In this document: positions 60,459 to 64,000 of the stretch, piece after piece
Layout of the letters: the number at the start of each line of letters is the position of its first letter
Numbering within the stretch: position 1 is the stretch's first letter
Source: an uncultured Alphaproteobacteria bacterium
GTDB taxonomy: Bacteria; Pseudomonadota; Alphaproteobacteria; Rs-D84
Assembly (NCBI GenBank): GCA_944389135.1
Contig: CALXLG010000005.1
Span: forward strand, 1,532 to 65,531
Length of the DNA: 64,000 bases
Direction: 5' to 3'
Notes under the pieces: generated by a model
Databases searched by the model: none
Seen by the model: only the letters and a program-made list of their open reading frames with translations
Told to the model about the DNA's origin: nothing
Made by a program: the position numbers and the translations under genes

Positions 60459-61308
60459 ATGAAAAAGGGTCTTTTCGGGTGTTTGTTTTTATGTTCGCTT
60501 GTTGTTCAAAAAAGTTATGCCGCTTGTCAGTTATCGTATAATCCTAACTATTCTGGCTGTAATGGCCCTGCGGTTGTTACATCTGGTACAGGAACCTGCT
60601 CTTTTGGTAATAAAAGCGTTCCGGCAGGTTCTTATATTTGCGGAGAAACATGGTGCACAAATTCAGCTAATACAATATTTGTTGCGCAATCTATTAGTAT
60701 GACAAACAAAAAGTTCTATTGTGTGTGCAAGTCTGGATATTATGGTGATGTTTCTACTGGTAACGATTCTAGTTGTACAGCATGCCCAAGTGGTGGTACT
60801 TCTAGTGCAACTAATGGGGCCTTGTTAAATCCAGTTATTACAAATACAGAAGAAAGCGACTGTTATTCAAGTACTGAAAAAGACGTTAGTTATGGAACTT
60901 CTACAAAAAAATGTTATTGGAGTAACGCGTTTGTAAGCACAAGAATATGTGAAGGCAATATATGCAAGAACTATGCCAGTTCTTCATATAAACCAGCTTG
61001 TTGCTATGGAGATTATAATGTCAGTTGTACAGAAACATTAAAAACTTGTGATGCTGGATATTACCGTGCTTCGTCTTCTGACTTATATTGTAGTGCGGTT
61101 GGTAGTGAATATTACAGTTCAAATGGTTCGTTATCAAGAACCAGGTGCCCCAACATATACAAACCCATCTGGTGGTACCAGTTATGGTAAAACCACCGGC
61201 AGTGGAACGGGCGCCGATGCAATAACAGATTGCAAACTGCCAAATACAGAGGTTTTTTCTGAGACATCAGGCAGTTTTGTATTTGAAAATTGTTATTACG
61301 TACAGTGA
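60459..61308 (+). pseudogene. Secreted Cys-rich paralog interrupted by a +1 frameshift near 61148-61151
   Basis: Removing one C from TGCCCCAAC joins ...RTRC to PTYTNPSGG...AITDC...ENCYYVQ, matching the C-terminus of 59446-60234. Confidence 0.75.
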
Positions 61309-62958
61309 TTATTTTAACAGTGTTTTTGCTGTTTCTAATGCTTGCGGGGTGATTTCTGCCCCGCTTATTATTCGGGCCAGTTCTTGTAATCTTTCTTCAT
61401 TAGGTAGTTTCTTTACATCTGTTATAGTTTTACCGTCTATAACACTTTTTGAAATTTTAAAGTGCGCATCTGCAAACCCCGCAACCTGTGCAGAGTGTGT
61501 TATTACAATTGCCTGTCCGTTTTGGGCCAATCTATTTAGTCTTTGACCGACTGCGCTTGCAGTTGCGCCACTAATACCAGTGTCTATTTCGTCAAAAATA
61601 AATGTATGCGCACTTTTATTGTCCCCTAGAACAACACGCATTGCCAACATTAATCGCGCCAATTCACCGCCAGAGGCTGCCTTGTTTAATGGCGCAAAAG
61701 GCATTCCAGGATTTGTTTTTATTGTAAATAAAATATCATCTGTGCCGCTTTGGCTTGGTGTACTTTCATATTGTTGAACCATAAAATCAGCCTGCCCTAG
61801 CTTTAAGTCAGGCAATTCTGTTAATATGCTTTTCCTTAAATCTTCTGCTGCAACTTTGCGTGCAACAGATAAATCTTGTGCTGCTTTATCAAATGCGGCT
61901 TTCTTTGTTGCCAGTTCTGATGTTAGTTTTTTTAACTCTGCATCAGAATTATCTAACTGATTTAATTGCGCTGTCATTTGTGCAAGCTTTTGTGGTAATT
62001 CATCTGCACCTACCCTATGTTTTCTGGCAGCAGCACGAATTGCAAATAGTCTTTCTTCTATTGAATCTAAGCTCTCAACATCTATATCAACTGGATTTAA
62101 TGATTGTGAAATTTCAGATATTCTTTGTGCAATATCATATAGTTCATCTATTTGTTCTTGATATGGATTGGGCTCAGTCTTTATGCGTTGTAAAATGTGG
62201 GCAACTGAAAATATTTGCGAATCTAATGACTCGCCACGTGGGTTTAGTGCCGCGGTTGCGTCAGACAAAATAGCTGCGTCTTTTTCAGCGTTCATCATGA
62301 TTGCACGACGATTGGCCAATTCTTCTTCTTCGCCGACTTTTACATTTAGTGTATTTAATTCCGCAACATTATGCTGTAAAAAATCGCGTTCCATTGAAGA
62401 TTTTTCTAACGTTTCTTTTAATTCTTTCAGACGGCTTTCAGCATTGTGATATTCGGTATATGCCTGTTTAGTAGTTGTTAAAAGATTTAAATAATTTTTG
62501 TCGCGTGAACACGCAAATGTATCCAAAGCGCTTTTATGTGTTTGCGGGTCTAATAATGCGTGATTTGCAAATTGCCCGTGTATTTCAACAAGCTCGTCCC
62601 CGACTTGCTTTAATAGTTTAACAGAAACAGGAATATCATTTATCCAAGCACGACTTTTCCCATCATTTGATAAAGTCCTGCGTAAAATTAAAACGTCTTC
62701 ATAATCTATACCGTTTTCAGACAAAGTGCTTTTCAGACTTTCGTTGATTTCATCAAACTCTGCAATTACGGACGCCATATCACAGCCCGAACGTACAAGT
62801 CCCGCATCAGAACGTGCGCCCAATGCTAATGCCAAAGAATCTAGTAAAATACTTTTTCCTGCACCTGTTTCACCAGTTAGTACACTTAACCCTGCACCGA
62901 ATTCTAAATTCAGCTTTTCTATTAAAACAATATTTGAAATGTATAATCTTGTTAACAT
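61309..62958 (-). CDS. recN: DNA repair protein RecN
   Basis: TGETGAGKS, EIHGQ, ASGGELAR, FDEIDTGISG, ITH. Confidence 0.96.
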   Translation of the reverse strand: MLTRLYISNIVLIEKLNLEFGAGLSVLTGETGAGKSILLDSLALALGARSDAGLVRSGCDMASVIAEFDEINESLKSTLSENGIDYEDVLILRRTLSNDGKSRAWINDIPVSVKLLKQVGDELVEIHGQFANHALLDPQTHKSALDTFACSRDKNYLNLLTTTKQAYTEYHNAESRLKELKETLEKSSMERDFLQHNVAELNTLNVKVGEEEELANRRAIMMNAEKDAAILSDATAALNPRGESLDSQIFSVAHILQRIKTEPNPYQEQIDELYDIAQRISEISQSLNPVDIDVESLDSIEERLFAIRAAARKHRVGADELPQKLAQMTAQLNQLDNSDAELKKLTSELATKKAAFDKAAQDLSVARKVAAEDLRKSILTELPDLKLGQADFMVQQYESTPSQSGTDDILFTIKTNPGMPFAPLNKAASGGELARLMLAMRVVLGDNKSAHTFIFDEIDTGISGATASAVGQRLNRLAQNGQAIVITHSAQVAGFADAHFKISKSVIDGKTITDVKKLPNEERLQELARIISGAEITPQALETAKTLLK

Positions 62959-62999
62959 GACCGAATTATAGGAAATTTCTTATATTTTATTCAAGTTTT

Positions 63000-63443
63000 T
63001 TATACTGCTTCTAGTTCTAAATTATGCAACCATAAAATATATCCGTTTATTTTGTAATTTGGATATATGTCTTGTAAAAGTTTCTTATATTCGTCTATCT
63101 GTCTGTAATATTTTTCTGTATTTGCAGATTTATCAACGTCTGTTTTGTAATCTAATATATCAATGGTTTTTGTTTTGTGATTAATTAGCAATCTATCAAT
63201 TCTGCGACTAATAAACTTTCCGTTTATTGTTCCCGCTATAGGCACTTCTGTTTTTGAACCTTTTTCAAAAAAACGGGCTATATTCTGATTACTAATTATA
63301 CATTTTAATAAAGCACTGTCGGTTTTTTTTAGGTCTTCTATAGATGAAATTTTTTGCAAAAATTTGTGCGTCTGGGCGCCAGATTTTGTAGCAAAATCTG
63401 CTTGTGTTTGTTTTGTTATAATGGCACGCAAGCTATTTGTCAT
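63000..63443 (-). CDS. Stand-alone AddA-type PD-(D/E)XK nuclease domain
   Basis: G..TH..LQ, EVPIAG, RIDRL, DYKTD, Q...Y..LL..IYP; ATG at 63443 with AGGA SD. Confidence 0.75.
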   Translation of the reverse strand: MTNSLRAIITKQTQADFATKSGAQTHKFLQKISSIEDLKKTDSALLKCIISNQNIARFFEKGSKTEVPIAGTINGKFISRRIDRLLINHKTKTIDILDYKTDVDKSANTEKYYRQIDEYKKLLQDIYPNYKINGYILWLHNLELEAV

Positions 63444-64000
63444 CTGTAATCCTGATTGTTTCAACATTTTCATCTTTTGCGAATACGTTCCATAACTGTT
63501 GATGCCACGAGTTTTCTGGGGCGTTTTTATATGGCGTATATCCGTATATGTATAACCTATCACGAGCGCGCGTCATTGCGACATACAGCAAACGATAATA
63601 TTCTGCTATTTTTGTTTTCATAACGGCATTTACAGCCACATCGCATTGACTGCAAGTATTAGATTGTGGCGTCCATAACCATATAGGTGGATAAAGCTTC
63701 CCTGTGTTTTGTACATTTGTTGGCAAAATTTCTGGGTACACCGTTAAAATCTGTTCGTCTTTTGGAATTTTTACAGTGTCTATCAGAAATACAACTGGTG
63801 CCTCAAGTCCCTTGCTGCCATGTACTGTAACAACACGTATGCCAGACGAAGCGTCCATATCACGCTTTATTTCACTGCCACCCGTTATGAACCATTTCAG
63901 AAAGTGTTTCAATGTTCCTGTTTGTGTTCTTTCATAAGACAAACATATTGTCATGAATTCTTCTAGTGGATCTATAATCTGATTTCCAAGCGCCGATATC
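63433..64000 (-). CDS. addA: AddA/UvrD-type helicase C-terminus (partial; lacks nuclease domain)
   Basis: TVHGSKGLEAPVV, RLLYVAMTRARDRL; frame is open to the window edge. Confidence 0.85.
   Translation of the reverse strand, partial: ISALGNQIIDPLEEFMTICLSYERTQTGTLKHFLKWFITGGSEIKRDMDASSGIRVVTVHGSKGLEAPVVFLIDTVKIPKDEQILTVYPEILPTNVQNTGKLYPPIWLWTPQSNTCSQCDVAVNAVMKTKIAEYYRLLYVAMTRARDRLYIYGYTPYKNAPENSWHQQLWNVFAKDENVETIRITDDK

Noticed and set aside
63444-63563. Longer start for the nuclease ORF (63563)
   Set aside because: It overlaps the helicase C-terminus by about 130 nt; ATG 63443 has an SD and fits the domain boundary.
271-63937. Numerous 60-215 aa antisense or alternate-frame ORFs (e.g. 4331-4855, 20929-21573, 33880-34410, 49421-49873)
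   Set aside because: They are shadows of well-supported genes, with no recognisable motifs.

Overview
AT-rich bacterial chromosome segment, almost certainly alphaproteobacterial (GcrA, DUF2155, AddA-type helicase, RpoH-type dnaK promoter). The streamlined, scrambled gene order and many Cys-rich exported proteins recall uncultured gut lineages such as Rs-D84, but that is inference from memory. Housekeeping genes (acpS, adk, rpsA, tig, rplM-rpsI, ruvB-ybgC-tolQRA, rnpB, secA, dnaE, rsmH, gpmI, tadA, rsmD, rplY, dnaK, pfk, rpsP-rimM-trmD-rplS, tsaD, xseA, recN, addA) are interleaved with lineage-specific orphans. No integrase, transposase, CRISPR array or prophage was seen. Main leads: (1) a two-state leader RNA with terminator and RBS-sequestering hairpin upstream of a PAP2/PagL-like lipid A remodelling pair; (2) 191-192 bp tRNA-linked units at both tRNA-Pro(GGG) and tRNA-Gly(CCC), with shared architecture but different sequence; (3) a large eukaryote-like Cys-rich secretome, including a 1668-aa protein with circularly permuted discoidin-like domains, and a CxxC membrane protein/EEH partner pair; (4) dispersed signal-less orphans with basic C-terminal tails; (5) an apparently natural split of AddA, a compact RNase P RNA and a +1 frameshifted Cys-rich paralog. 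All calls are by eye; no database searches were run.
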